DNA of 47,011 nucleotides from a virus (Duplodnaviria; Heunggongvirae; Uroviricota; Caudoviricetes): IMG/VR virus record IMGVR_UViG_2534682294_000023; one strand, 5' to 3'. Shown piece by piece: positions 38,198 to 47,011 of this stretch (position 1 is its first letter; each line of letters starts with the position of its first letter). The notes under the pieces were generated by a model. It saw only the letters and a program-made list of their open reading frames with translations, ran no database searches and was not told where the DNA came from. The position numbers and the translations under genes were made by a program.

Positions 38198-38839
38198 ATG
38201 ACAAACAGTTATGAAGAAAAAACCGATGTGAAAAGGGAAAAGTTAGATCGGATTATTAGCCGGAGCACAATAAACCGCTTTGGTGAAAGGCTCAAAGTGG
38301 CCATGAAAGGGATGAGTAATGCCGAATTAGCGAGACGAAGTGGCATGTCCGAAACAACAATAAGGAAATACCTACAGGGAAAGATTTACCCTGCACTTGA
38401 TAGCCTGGCTATTGTTGCTGACGCTTGCGGGGTATCTCTGACTTGGCTCGCGACTGGAGAACAACAAGCAAACCAAACAATAGTTCGAGATGATGCTAAA
38501 CAAAATTATGACAATGAGTATGAATTACTCATTCACTTACTTCATAAGCTCAAAAAAGAAGAATGTGTATTACTGGTTGATTTCATATCGCGTGAGGGCG
38601 TAAACACCCTTATAAGATTGGTGGCAATGAATGCCTCTACGATCAGCCAGGATGCCGTAGAAAGCATCATTGATACGTTACCGTTACGTCCAGTGCTAAA
38701 AAATGCAATAAAAGTAGGAATGGCGGGAAGCGAAGACACTGACAAAGAGATTTTGCGCGTTATTGAGAAGTACAACTCGAGCAATAACGCCACCCAGGAA
38801 TCAAGGGCAGTGACAGTAAAGAAAAATGTTGTTGGTTAA
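38198..38839 (+). CDS. Prophage repressor c (HTH)
   Basis: Divergent from ner; HTH segment NAELARRSGMSETTIRKYLQG. Start set at the ATG at 38198 (AGGA upstream) rather than the TTG at 38141. Confidence 0.7.
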   Translation: MTNSYEEKTDVKREKLDRIISRSTINRFGERLKVAMKGMSNAELARRSGMSETTIRKYLQGKIYPALDSLAIVADACGVSLTWLATGEQQANQTIVRDDAKQNYDNEYELLIHLLHKLKKEECVLLVDFISREGVNTLIRLVAMNASTISQDAVESIIDTLPLRPVLKNAIKVGMAGSEDTDKEILRVIEKYNSSNNATQESRAVTVKKNVVG

Positions 38840-39022
38840 GCGCCATCGCTATCATGAGGTGGTGCTGTAAATACATATAGAGATCATATGACTCATCCCA
38901 AGATAATCACGCTATTGAATAGTAATTCATGATGATTATCATACTGATTATAGTTAGATCGATTATGTGAGCATTTTGGCAGTTTGAAGATGTTTTGAAG
39001 AAGATTTTAAGGGTAAATTAGC

Positions 39023-39195
39023 AGTATCAAATGTGTCGCCGTTTTTTGATCTTTTGACTATTTGTTGAGCAGTCGGTATCAAAAAGAGTTTTCCGTCCGA
39101 ACTATACATCACCTGTTTTATTTCAGCATCTTACAGGTGATTTCACCTCCTTTCACTAAAAGCCTTGTCGGTATCAAATGATTCACCTGGTTACA
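39023..39195. repeat. Prophage terminal region with three copies of a GGTATCAAA-type motif; candidate transposase-binding sites
   Basis: agtatcaaatg at 39023-39033, gtcggtatcaaaaa at 39072-39085 and gtcggtatcaaatg at 39167-39180; element ends ...ggttaCA at 39194-39195. Confidence 0.35.
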
Positions 39196-40130
39196 TTCTT
39201 GAAATCCGCTGGTTAAGCGCACCGGCGTCGCTGGCGAATCTGGTATTACTTGGTTGGTTACTCGGCGTGCAATATGCCCGTGCGCCAGTAATTTTGTTAG
39301 TGGTCGGCAATATCCTCAACATTGTGCTGGATGTCTGGCTGGTGATGGGACTGCATATGAACGTGCGGGGCGCGGCGCTGGCGACGGTTATTGCGGAATA
39401 TGCAACATTGCTGATTGGTCTGCTAATGGTGCGTAAAATCCTCAAACTACGCGGAATCTCCGGCGAAATGCTGAAAACTTCCTGGCGAGGAAACTTCCGT
39501 CGCTTGCTGGCACTTAACCGCGATATCATGCTGCGCTCGCTGTTGTTGCAACTCTGTTTCGGCGCGATCACCGTACTTGGCGCGCGACTGGGGAGTGACA
39601 TTATCGCTGTTAACGCGGTTCTGATGACGCTACTCACCTTTACCGCCTATGCGCTGGACGGTTTTGCCTACGCGGTTGAAGCACATTCCGGTCAGGCATA
39701 CGGTGCGCGCGACGGTAGCCAGTTGCTGGATGTCTGGCGGGCAGCATGCCGCCAGTCGGGGATCGTAGCGTTACTGTTTTCGGTGGTTTATTTGCTGGCA
39801 GGGGAACACATCATTGCGTTACTGGCGTCGTTAACCCAGATTCAGCAGCTGGCCGACCGCTATCTTATCTGGCAGGTGATTTTGCCGTTGGTCGGCGTCT
39901 GGTGTTATCTGCTGGACGGCATGTTTATAGGCGCAACGCGTGCTGCTGAAATGCGTAACAGTATGGCGGTGGCCGCCGCAGGTTTTGCGCTGACGCTCCT
40001 TACGCTGCCGTGGCTGGGTAATCATGGTTTGTGGTTGGCGTTAACCGTCTTTCTGGCGTTGCGCGGGCTTTCTCTGGCAGCTATCTGGCGGCGTCACTGG
40101 CGCAACGGTACCTGGTTTGCCGCAACGTGA
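39196..40130 (+). pseudogene. dinF: 3' portion of dinF (MATE-family efflux transporter), interrupted by the prophage
   Basis: Translation LEIRWLSAPASLANLVLLGWLLGVQ...RRHWRNGTWFAAT matches the C-terminal two-thirds of E. coli DinF as I recall it; the N-terminal third is absent, replaced by prophage DNA. Confidence 0.8.
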
Positions 40131-40245
40131 CGGTTAAAAATTCTGAATAAATAATCCTAAGCCAAATTGCTGACTACACTTAATCTCACGTTCAGAAGAA
40201 AAGTGAACGTACTCTCATTCACAACCTAACGATGAGGTCTTGATT

Positions 40246-40455
40246 ATGAATAAAGATGAAGCCGGCGGTAACTGGAAACAGTTTAAAGGTAAAGTGAAAG
40301 AGCAATGGGGCAAACTGACCGATGATGATATGACGATCATTGAAGGTAAACGTGATCAACTGGTCGGTAAAATCCAGGAACGTTATGGTTATCAGAAAGA
40401 TCAGGCAGAAAAAGAGGTCGTGGATTGGGAAACCCGCAATGAATATCGCTGGTAA
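40246..40455 (+). CDS. yjbJ: CsbD-family stress-response protein YjbJ
   Basis: MNKDEAGGNWKQFKGKVKEQWGKLTDDD...; ATG at 40246 with GAGG RBS; conserved position after dinF. Confidence 0.85.
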   Translation: MNKDEAGGNWKQFKGKVKEQWGKLTDDDMTIIEGKRDQLVGKIQERYGYQKDQAEKEVVDWETRNEYRW

Positions 40456-40496
40456 TTAATCCCTCCTGCCCGACGTGTACAAGGATGTACGCCCTC

Positions 40497-41012
40497 TTAA
40501 CGCGGTTTCTTTTTCACCTGCACAGAGTGATCATGCTGGCACTGTTCAGGATGACGACACGCTTCCACTTCCACGCATGCCGCACAGAGCCCATGTGCTT
40601 CAATCACATTATGCCGCAGGGCAAACCCCATTTTTGCCGCCAGCGTATGCATGATGTCTTCCACGCCTTCAGCACATTCTTCTTTCACCGCGCCGCAGCG
40701 ATCGCAAATAAACATAGCTGACGTATGGGTGGGCTGGTCGAACAGATGGCAGAGCACATAACTGTTGGTGGATTCCACCTTATGCACAAAACCTTGCTCA
40801 AGCAGAAAATCCAGCGCGCGATAAACCGTTGGCGGCTTGGCTTGCGGTTCAGCTTCGCGCAGCAAATCAAGCAGATCATAAGCGCTGATAGCGCCATCCT
40901 GCAGACTCATCAGGCGCAACACTTCCAGGCGCTGTGGGGTCAGGCGCACATTACGCTGCGCGCAGATTTTGTCAGCCTGCGCTAATAACTCCTGCGTTGT
41001 GGTCTTTTCCAT
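40497..41012 (-). CDS. zur: Zinc uptake regulator Zur (Fur family)
   Basis: From the ATG at 41012: MEKTTTQELLAQADKICAQRNVRLTPQRLEVL..., with C-x2-C motifs near the C-terminus; convergent with yjbJ. Confidence 0.85.
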   Translation of the reverse strand: MEKTTTQELLAQADKICAQRNVRLTPQRLEVLRLMSLQDGAISAYDLLDLLREAEPQAKPPTVYRALDFLLEQGFVHKVESTNSYVLCHLFDQPTHTSAMFICDRCGAVKEECAEGVEDIMHTLAAKMGFALRHNVIEAHGLCAACVEVEACRHPEQCQHDHSVQVKKKPR

Positions 41013-41330
41013 CGGGCACCTCAAAGTGGGGGTTAAGAATGTCCTTACTTTACCATGTTCCAGGAAAAACACCGAGAACCCTTATTGTTGCCGTAATGTT
41101 GCTTTTCTGTTTTGTAGGTAAGATGTTGTGTTGCCTGGCAGTACCATTATCAACACGATAATAATTAATAATTCATTTTTAAATAAATTGCTTCAAGTTA
41201 ACTCGCTATTTATTTAACCGTGGCTAATCGTATACCCGAATTTCAGAAAATTATGAGCGATTTTTGATAGTTACCGGTTCCAAAAACACTTATAAGGAGG
41301 ACACGGTACGACAAAAAAGGTAGATGAATC

Positions 41331-42287
41331 ATGTTAAAGATAATACCCGGTGCAACAGGATACTTTAATAAAACACTCAATTCAAATCAATTCGATAATG
41401 AAGATGCAATCAAAGGTAAAGTAAATAGTATATATGGTAAATCTATTGATTATTCAACGATGCGTCATCGGGATATAATTATTGCAAAAATAGATTTATT
41501 TATTCAAAGAATCACTCATAATTTATGGACTGCACGTGAAAAAAATGTGACGTTAATTAAGCAAATAAACGATCTCAAAATGTGTGTCAATGAGTATATT
41601 GGAGATTGTACTGATGAGGAATTAAACGATCGTGAATTTATTGCATCAGTTGTTGACAGGGCTATTTTTCATTTCGCGATTAATAGTATATGTAATCCCG
41701 AGGATAATAAAGATGCGACACTCATAGAACGATGTACTTTTGATGTAGAAACCAAGAATGGTCTTCCCTCCACGGTTCAGCTATTTTATGAGGAATCTAA
41801 AGATAATGAACCTTTAGCGAATATACATTTGCAAGCAATAGGTTCTGGTTTCTTAACGTTTGTTAATGCCTGCCAGGAACATGATGACAACAGCTTAAAA
41901 TTATTTGCTTCGCTGTTAATTTCCCTTTCATATTCTAGTGTCTACTCAGATTTTGCAGGAAGAGTGAATATTAATGAATATAATGATAACTACCTGAAAG
42001 CTCAGTTTGAAGAATTATCTCAACGTGATATGAAGAAGTACCTGGGAGAGATGAAGCGTCTGGCAGATGGGGGAGAAATGAATTTTGATGGCTATCTGGA
42101 TAAGATGTCACATCTGGTGAATGAAGGAACGCTCGCCCCTGATATTTTAAGCAAAATGCGAGATGCTGCACCGAAATTAATTGACTTTGCTAAGTCGTTT
42201 GACCCAAACTCAAAGGAAAAGATTAAAATATATACAGGCACTTCTAAATTAATTTATGATTTATTCGGGGTTAAATCGGAGAAATAA
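41331..42287 (+). CDS. Uncharacterised AT-rich protein (318 aa), positionally equivalent to yjbL-yjbM
   Basis: Single ORF between zur and the dusA 5' region; no recognisable motif. Confidence 0.55.
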   Translation: MLKIIPGATGYFNKTLNSNQFDNEDAIKGKVNSIYGKSIDYSTMRHRDIIIAKIDLFIQRITHNLWTAREKNVTLIKQINDLKMCVNEYIGDCTDEELNDREFIASVVDRAIFHFAINSICNPEDNKDATLIERCTFDVETKNGLPSTVQLFYEESKDNEPLANIHLQAIGSGFLTFVNACQEHDDNSLKLFASLLISLSYSSVYSDFAGRVNINEYNDNYLKAQFEELSQRDMKKYLGEMKRLADGGEMNFDGYLDKMSHLVNEGTLAPDILSKMRDAAPKLIDFAKSFDPNSKEKIKIYTGTSKLIYDLFGVKSEK

Positions 42288-42328
42288 TATGTGAAGTTCT
42301 TCGATGGTATGAAAGGTATTACATAAAA

Positions 42329-42358
42329 GAACCCAATGTTTATTGGGTTCTTTTTTTC
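42329..42358 (+). terminator. Rho-independent terminator after the 318-aa ORF
   Basis: gaacccaat / attgggttc stem followed by TTTTTTT. Confidence 0.6.
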
Positions 42359-42648
42359 TCTATCAGTGCTATTAGCAGGGAGAGATATCACCGGAGTTTA
42401 ATGTGTGATTTTTATTTATCGTCGAATCTGTATTGTTTATCATTGCTTTTCACAACGCTAACATCTAATAAGATTAGATATTCACTTCGTGAGAGCTTCA
42501 TGCCTTGAGAGGATCTCAATTTTCTTTTGCAATGAGACAGGCGCTTCCTGTTGTTATGGTATAGTACCCCGTTATTGAGCCTCCTGAACAGTGATGCTGA
42601 ATAACATAACCACATGATATATCGATAAAATAATCTCTACATTTGAAA

Positions 42649-42771
42649 ATGCACGGTAATTCTGAAATGCAAAAAATCAACCAAACCAGCGCAATGCCTG
42701 AAAAAACTGACGTTCACTGGAGTGGTCGGTTTAGCGTTGCACCAATGCTCGATAGGATGTACCGTTTTTGA
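42649..42771 (+). pseudogene. dusA: Orphaned 5' fragment of dusA (tRNA-dihydrouridine synthase A), first about 35 codons
   Basis: MHGNSEMQKINQTSAMPEKTDVHWSGRFSVAPMLD matches the DusA N-terminus as I recall it, then diverges (RMYRF, stop) at about 42754. Confidence 0.7.
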
Positions 42772-42896
42772 AAAACAAATAGTTATATACTTTGTGGGAG
42801 CCTATTGGGAACCCGGCGTTTTCATTTCAAGGTGTAATCCATACGCGGCTTAAGAATGAGATATAATGCGACTTTTAGTGTTCCGCTTGAGAGGCC

Positions 42897-43433
42897 ATGA
42901 TGCTTACCCTGGACGAGATAGGTCAATCAGTACGTAACAATATCCAGTTGATTATTGATCATGTCGGCTTACCTCTTGCTGTTGGTCCGCTCAGTGATGA
43001 TGATTACAAGATTCTGTGTGGTGGCTATGGTGAGCTTGAATGGGACTATGCGTTAAGTACCTATGGCAACTCCAGAGAAAAGTATGAGTTCTGCATAAAA
43101 CTTGTTCAGCAAGGTCGGGTTCAGGGAATACCATCAGGAGCAGCAATTTGTGTTTATGGGGTTGAAGAAAACATCTTTCGTATCCATATGATCGAAAGGT
43201 TTTCTAGAGAAGATGAATCTCACCCATTGAAAGGGCGCATGGTTTTACTCACTCTTATGAGTGCTTTTATATTTTGTAAAGCTGTTGAATGTAAAGTTGT
43301 CCACATTGTAGAGCCAGTACCAGAACTGGTGCAGTATTACGAGTCTTTTGGTTTCCGCATGGAACAGTGCGGTTATGTGATGTCGGCAGTCATTGATGAG
43401 CTGCAGGATATCTTTCTTAAATTTGCTCAGTAG
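42897..43433 (+). CDS. Hypothetical protein (178 aa), possibly GNAT-like fold
   Basis: First ORF inside the element edge; C-terminal ...ELVQYYESFGF resembles a GNAT motif-B ending, but no firm motif. Confidence 0.45.
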   Translation: MMLTLDEIGQSVRNNIQLIIDHVGLPLAVGPLSDDDYKILCGGYGELEWDYALSTYGNSREKYEFCIKLVQQGRVQGIPSGAAICVYGVEENIFRIHMIERFSREDESHPLKGRMVLLTLMSAFIFCKAVECKVVHIVEPVPELVQYYESFGFRMEQCGYVMSAVIDELQDIFLKFAQ

Positions 43434-43538
43434 GTATAGACGAGAAGGGTCTACAAATTGTAGGATACCCGTCCAGATTACCTTAAAGGTACATCTATGG
43501 CAGTCGTTTTGTGCTTAAACTACTAAGAAACGATGTCA

Positions 43539-43559
43539 CCAATCGACATGATCGATTGG
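43539..43559. promoter_or_regulatory. Perfect 8-bp inverted repeat (CCAATCGA-N5-TCGATTGG), candidate operator upstream of the 57-aa ORF
   Basis: Seen directly in the sequence, about 70 bp upstream of the ATG at 43630. Confidence 0.3.
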
Positions 43560-43629
43560 CATAAGTTAGCGAAACAAGCTAGCTTTAAAGAAAGGGTTAG
43601 AGACGCCTTTACTGTCTCGGGAGTTTTCT

Positions 43630-43803
43630 ATGAAAGATCAAAAAGCAACCAAGCCACAGGTTAAGTTCGACACAATGAAAGCATTCGCAGGTATGGGTGC
43701 TGCTGTTGAAGTTCTGATGAAGGCTGCTCCTAATGCGTTCACTCACGCTACTGTCTCTGGTAAAGAGCAGCAGGGTAAGCTTCGTCGTCGCAAAGCAGCA
43801 TGA
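43630..43803 (+). CDS. Small hypothetical protein (57 aa, Lys/Ala-rich, basic C-terminus)
   Basis: ATG at 43630 with GGGAG RBS; followed by a strong terminator; below the ORF-track cutoff, translated by hand. Confidence 0.4.
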   Translation: MKDQKATKPQVKFDTMKAFAGMGAAVEVLMKAAPNAFTHATVSGKEQQGKLRRRKAA

Positions 43804-43822
43804 TCATAGCTGGTGCTTTTTG

Positions 43823-43849
43823 AAAACCCGCCTTCAGGCGGGTTTTTTC
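43823..43849. terminator. Bidirectional rho-independent terminator between convergent genes
   Basis: aaaacccgcc ttcag ggcgggtttt hairpin flanked by A-run and T-run. Confidence 0.7.
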
Positions 43850-43850
43850 T

Positions 43851-44159
43851 TTAGTGATGTTCTTTGTCCTTCTGTTTGACTGTTCTGACCTGTTCCCACT
43901 CGATACGTCCTTCTTCTCGCCTTTTGTCTATGTATTCCGCAAGATCTTGAATATTGATGCAACGTTTTGCTTTTTGTGATGTGCCGATGCGATATGTTGG
44001 AACGGGCAACTTACAAGCGTTTGCTTTTGCTTCTGCCGTGGCTGGACTCATACCAAAGTACTTTTGGCTAACTGCTGAGAGTTCAATGTTTGGGGTATTG
44101 AATTCAGCCATCAGTAAAAACAAGGTGTTCATAATTTTCTCCATCAAAACCGGCTGCAC
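43851..44159 (-). CDS. PrtN/excisionase-like DNA-binding protein
   Basis: 102-aa ORF; NTLFLLMAEFN ... TYRIGTSQKAKRCINIQDLAEYIDKRR resembles phage excisionase / PrtN-family proteins. Confidence 0.55.
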   Translation of the reverse strand: MQPVLMEKIMNTLFLLMAEFNTPNIELSAVSQKYFGMSPATAEAKANACKLPVPTYRIGTSQKAKRCINIQDLAEYIDKRREEGRIEWEQVRTVKQKDKEHH

Positions 44160-44168
44160 CCGGGAAAA

Positions 44169-44674
44169 TCATAATTCTGTGCTGGTGGCAGGAATTAATT
44201 TCTGCCAGATAGCGGAAACATATTTTGCCTGATGACGGGCATCAGCCAGGGCGTTGTGCCGTTCGCCATCGAAAGGCATGTCCATTTTGGGGTCGAATCC
44301 GATGGAACGCCCAAGCGTAACGATCGTGCGTACATCGTGGTCATTCCAGTACGCCCACGGGCAGATTTGTCCTGCTCGCTCGTAAGCTCCACGTAAAATT
44401 ATGTTGTCGAAGGTGGCCCCGTTACCCCAGACTTTTAAATATTTCGTATTGTCTGCGTGCCGGTTAATGAAATGGTTTAGTTCTGAGAGAGCATCGCTGA
44501 TCGACAAAGTATCATCAATACTTCCAGCGATACCAGCGCGACTTTAAATGCGGTAAGTACGTTTTTAACCACATCGATTTTGAATACTATTTCATCACAT
44601 ACAAACGATTTATCGTCTACTACCGTTTCAATTCCGGTAATCGTGTTTTGTAGCCATTTGGTTAATTCAGCCAT
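44169..44674 (-). pseudogene. Phage 3'-5' exonuclease (DEDDh-like), apparently frameshifted
   Basis: C-terminal part (44169-44507) has WGNGATFDNIILR ... HNALADARHQAKYV; the N-terminal part continues in another frame (44477-44674), implying a frameshift near 44480-44520. Confidence 0.45.
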
Positions 44675-45009
44675 TTTTCATTACCGCCCTTTCGGGCGGT
44701 CTCCTGATGTTCTGAGGGTGCAGGAATCCCTCCGGTTAAGGATTAAATTTTATTTACAGAACTGAATTTAATTATTCAGATATACGTATCTGTAACCTTA
44801 CGAACCTACTCACTGGATGCCTATTTCATAAAAATAATCCAGTGGGTTTTATCGTTTTTTCCTGTTCGTTGACCGATAACAGGTTTTCTGTCGGTCAGTA
44901 CCAATATCTGGCGAACAGGTATTTGCGTTTCATTCCATTTAAAAATCAGAACGCCGGATGGACGCAACACACGAAAGGCTTCTTTAAATCCCTGCCGCAA
45001 ATCATCACG

Positions 45010-45327
45010 CTAGGTATCTTTATTCAGCCGTCCATATTTCTTTCCCATCCAGGCGTTATCACCAACACGCTCAAGATGCGGAGGGTCGAATATAACCATC
45101 GAAAAAGATGCGTCTGCAAATGGTAGTGCACGAAAATCAGCTATCAGATCAGGACTGATAATCAGGCGTCGTCCATCACACAATGTGTGCTCTTCCTTTC
45201 TGATATCGCTAAATATCGCCCGGTCGTCATTCTTATCGAACCAGAACATGCGACTGCCACAGCACATGTCGAGGATTGCTGCATGTCCAGTCACTGGCTG
45301 CCTCCTTTGCGAAGCCGTTCCGCCCAT
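45010..45327 (-). pseudogene. Truncated DNA methyltransferase-like gene
   Basis: 105-aa ORF with a DPPH/DPPY-like motif (VIFDPPHL) but too short for a complete methyltransferase. Confidence 0.4.
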
Positions 45328-45641
45328 TCTTCAAGGGATTTCTCTGCATATTCACCGGACAGGCCATCAATCGGATGCGATTCATTAGCTAACTCTTCTT
45401 TTGCTGACAGAATCATGCGTGTAACGTCGAAAACTTCAGCCAAAGGCTTATTGATAAATCCGTGATTGAAAGCAGCAGCAAGACGGCTTGCGGTATAGTT
45501 AATACCCTCGTTGCGAGCCTCAGCACGTACTTCATCGAATTTACGCACCAGATACTCAGCATTTGTTTCATTCACTTTCAGATCTCGCGGTACACATTTC
45601 CCGCGAAGAAACCCTTCCATTTCGAAAACATTCATGCGCAT
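45291..45641 (-). CDS. Hypothetical prophage protein (116 aa)
   Basis: ORF immediately downstream of the HD-domain gene, overlapping by 10 nt. Confidence 0.45.
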   Translation of the reverse strand: MRMNVFEMEGFLRGKCVPRDLKVNETNAEYLVRKFDEVRAEARNEGINYTASRLAAAFNHGFINKPLAEVFDVTRMILSAKEELANESHPIDGLSGEYAEKSLEEWAERLRKGGSQ

Positions 45642-46168
45642 TTGTGTAACTCCGATAACTCGTTAAAACGTTCCATAAACATCCCGTAGGCATGGCTAGG
45701 TGCCAGTGGAATCACGTTGAACATCTCTGTTGCCGGGATGCCTTCCAGTACAGGCCAGAAAGAGCCATCATCAAGCCCGAGATCGCGGCGTTCGGTTGCC
45801 AGCATGATAAGATCGGCATATTTCACGGGCGTACTCATAACTGGGGGTAACCCGTATTTCTCACGGATTACGGCGTCAATTTTTTCTTCCATCCGTTTAT
45901 AGTCAGGAAGAAGGCGTTTCAGTGGAGCGGGGATGTCCTGGCAATACGCTTCTGTTGCATCATGCATTAATGCTTCAAAAGCAAATTCCTGCGGTACCAG
46001 CTGGCTGCAAAGAACCGCATGTTGGGCGACGCTGTAGAAGTGCGAAAGATGACCGGCAAAGCGACAGATATTTGAAAGGGAAACCGCGATATCGTTAATA
46101 TCGATGTCGTCTTTATTTATCCTGTCATAATAAAAATGCTTCCCGGAAAAAGTTTTAATAAATGACAT
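45632..46168 (-). CDS. yfdR: HD-domain phosphohydrolase, YfdR-like prophage protein
   Basis: From the ATG at 46168 (GGAGA RBS): MSFIKTFSGKHFYYDRINKDD... with H...HD motifs (RFAGHLSH, LMHDATEAY); matches my recollection of the CPS-53 prophage YfdR. Confidence 0.6.
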   Translation of the reverse strand: MSFIKTFSGKHFYYDRINKDDIDINDIAVSLSNICRFAGHLSHFYSVAQHAVLCSQLVPQEFAFEALMHDATEAYCQDIPAPLKRLLPDYKRMEEKIDAVIREKYGLPPVMSTPVKYADLIMLATERRDLGLDDGSFWPVLEGIPATEMFNVIPLAPSHAYGMFMERFNELSELHKCA

Positions 46169-46295
46169 TTTGTTCTCCACGTATATGCGCTGCACCGCGC
46201 TGAATTCTGGTAAAAAGAATCCCTCACCATCCGGCGATTATTGAGTAAATTACGTTTCCATAAATGCCCCCTCAGGGGCATTTGCAGTAATGAAA

Positions 46296-47011
<716 letters not shown>

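Larger units (their letters stand above)
1..39195 (-). mobile_element. Mu-like transposable prophage (partial in window; mom-proximal end lies upstream of position 1), c-proximal end at about 39195 inside dinF
   Basis: Collinear Mu gene order on the minus strand (A, B, gam, gemA, Mor/C, lys, portal, terminase, head, tail, baseplate, S/U, gin, com/mom) with a divergent repressor on the plus strand; dinF reading frame resumes at about 39196; element ends in CA. Confidence 0.85.

Noticed and set aside
39165-40130. ORF-track gene starting at a TTG inside the prophage end
   Set aside because: The first codons are prophage terminal sequence fused in frame to the dinF 3' portion; this is a disrupted host gene, not an independent gene.
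44842-45126. 94-aa plus-strand ORF
   Set aside because: Antisense to the methyltransferase-like fragment, no RBS, low-complexity translation.

Overview
The window has three parts. (1) Positions 1 to about 39195 are a nearly complete Mu-like transposable prophage in inverted orientation, with almost all genes on the minus strand: com/mom, a 3 kb accessory cassette carrying a NanS-like esterase, gin with a gix-flanked invertible tail-fibre segment, the contractile tail and baseplate module, the head and packaging module, SAR endolysin with spanins, a Mor/C-type late activator, GemA, an early accessory region, gam, B, A, ner and a divergent repressor c. Its c-proximal end lies inside the host gene dinF; the mom-proximal end is off-window. 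(2) Positions 39196 to about 42753 are host backbone: the dinF 3' portion, yjbJ, zur, a 318-aa AT-rich ORF, and an orphaned 5' fragment of dusA. (3) From about 42754 to the window end is the edge of a second, degraded integrative element apparently inserted in dusA, with a 178-aa unknown protein, a 57-aa ORF, a PrtN-like excisionase, a frameshifted exonuclease, a truncated methyltransferase, an HD-domain YfdR-like gene and a tail-fibre fragment. No rRNA, tRNA or CRISPR array was recognised by eye. All calls rest on reading the supplied ORF translations and the sequence; no database search was run, and the track uses alternative start codons (TTG seen), so several starts are approximate.
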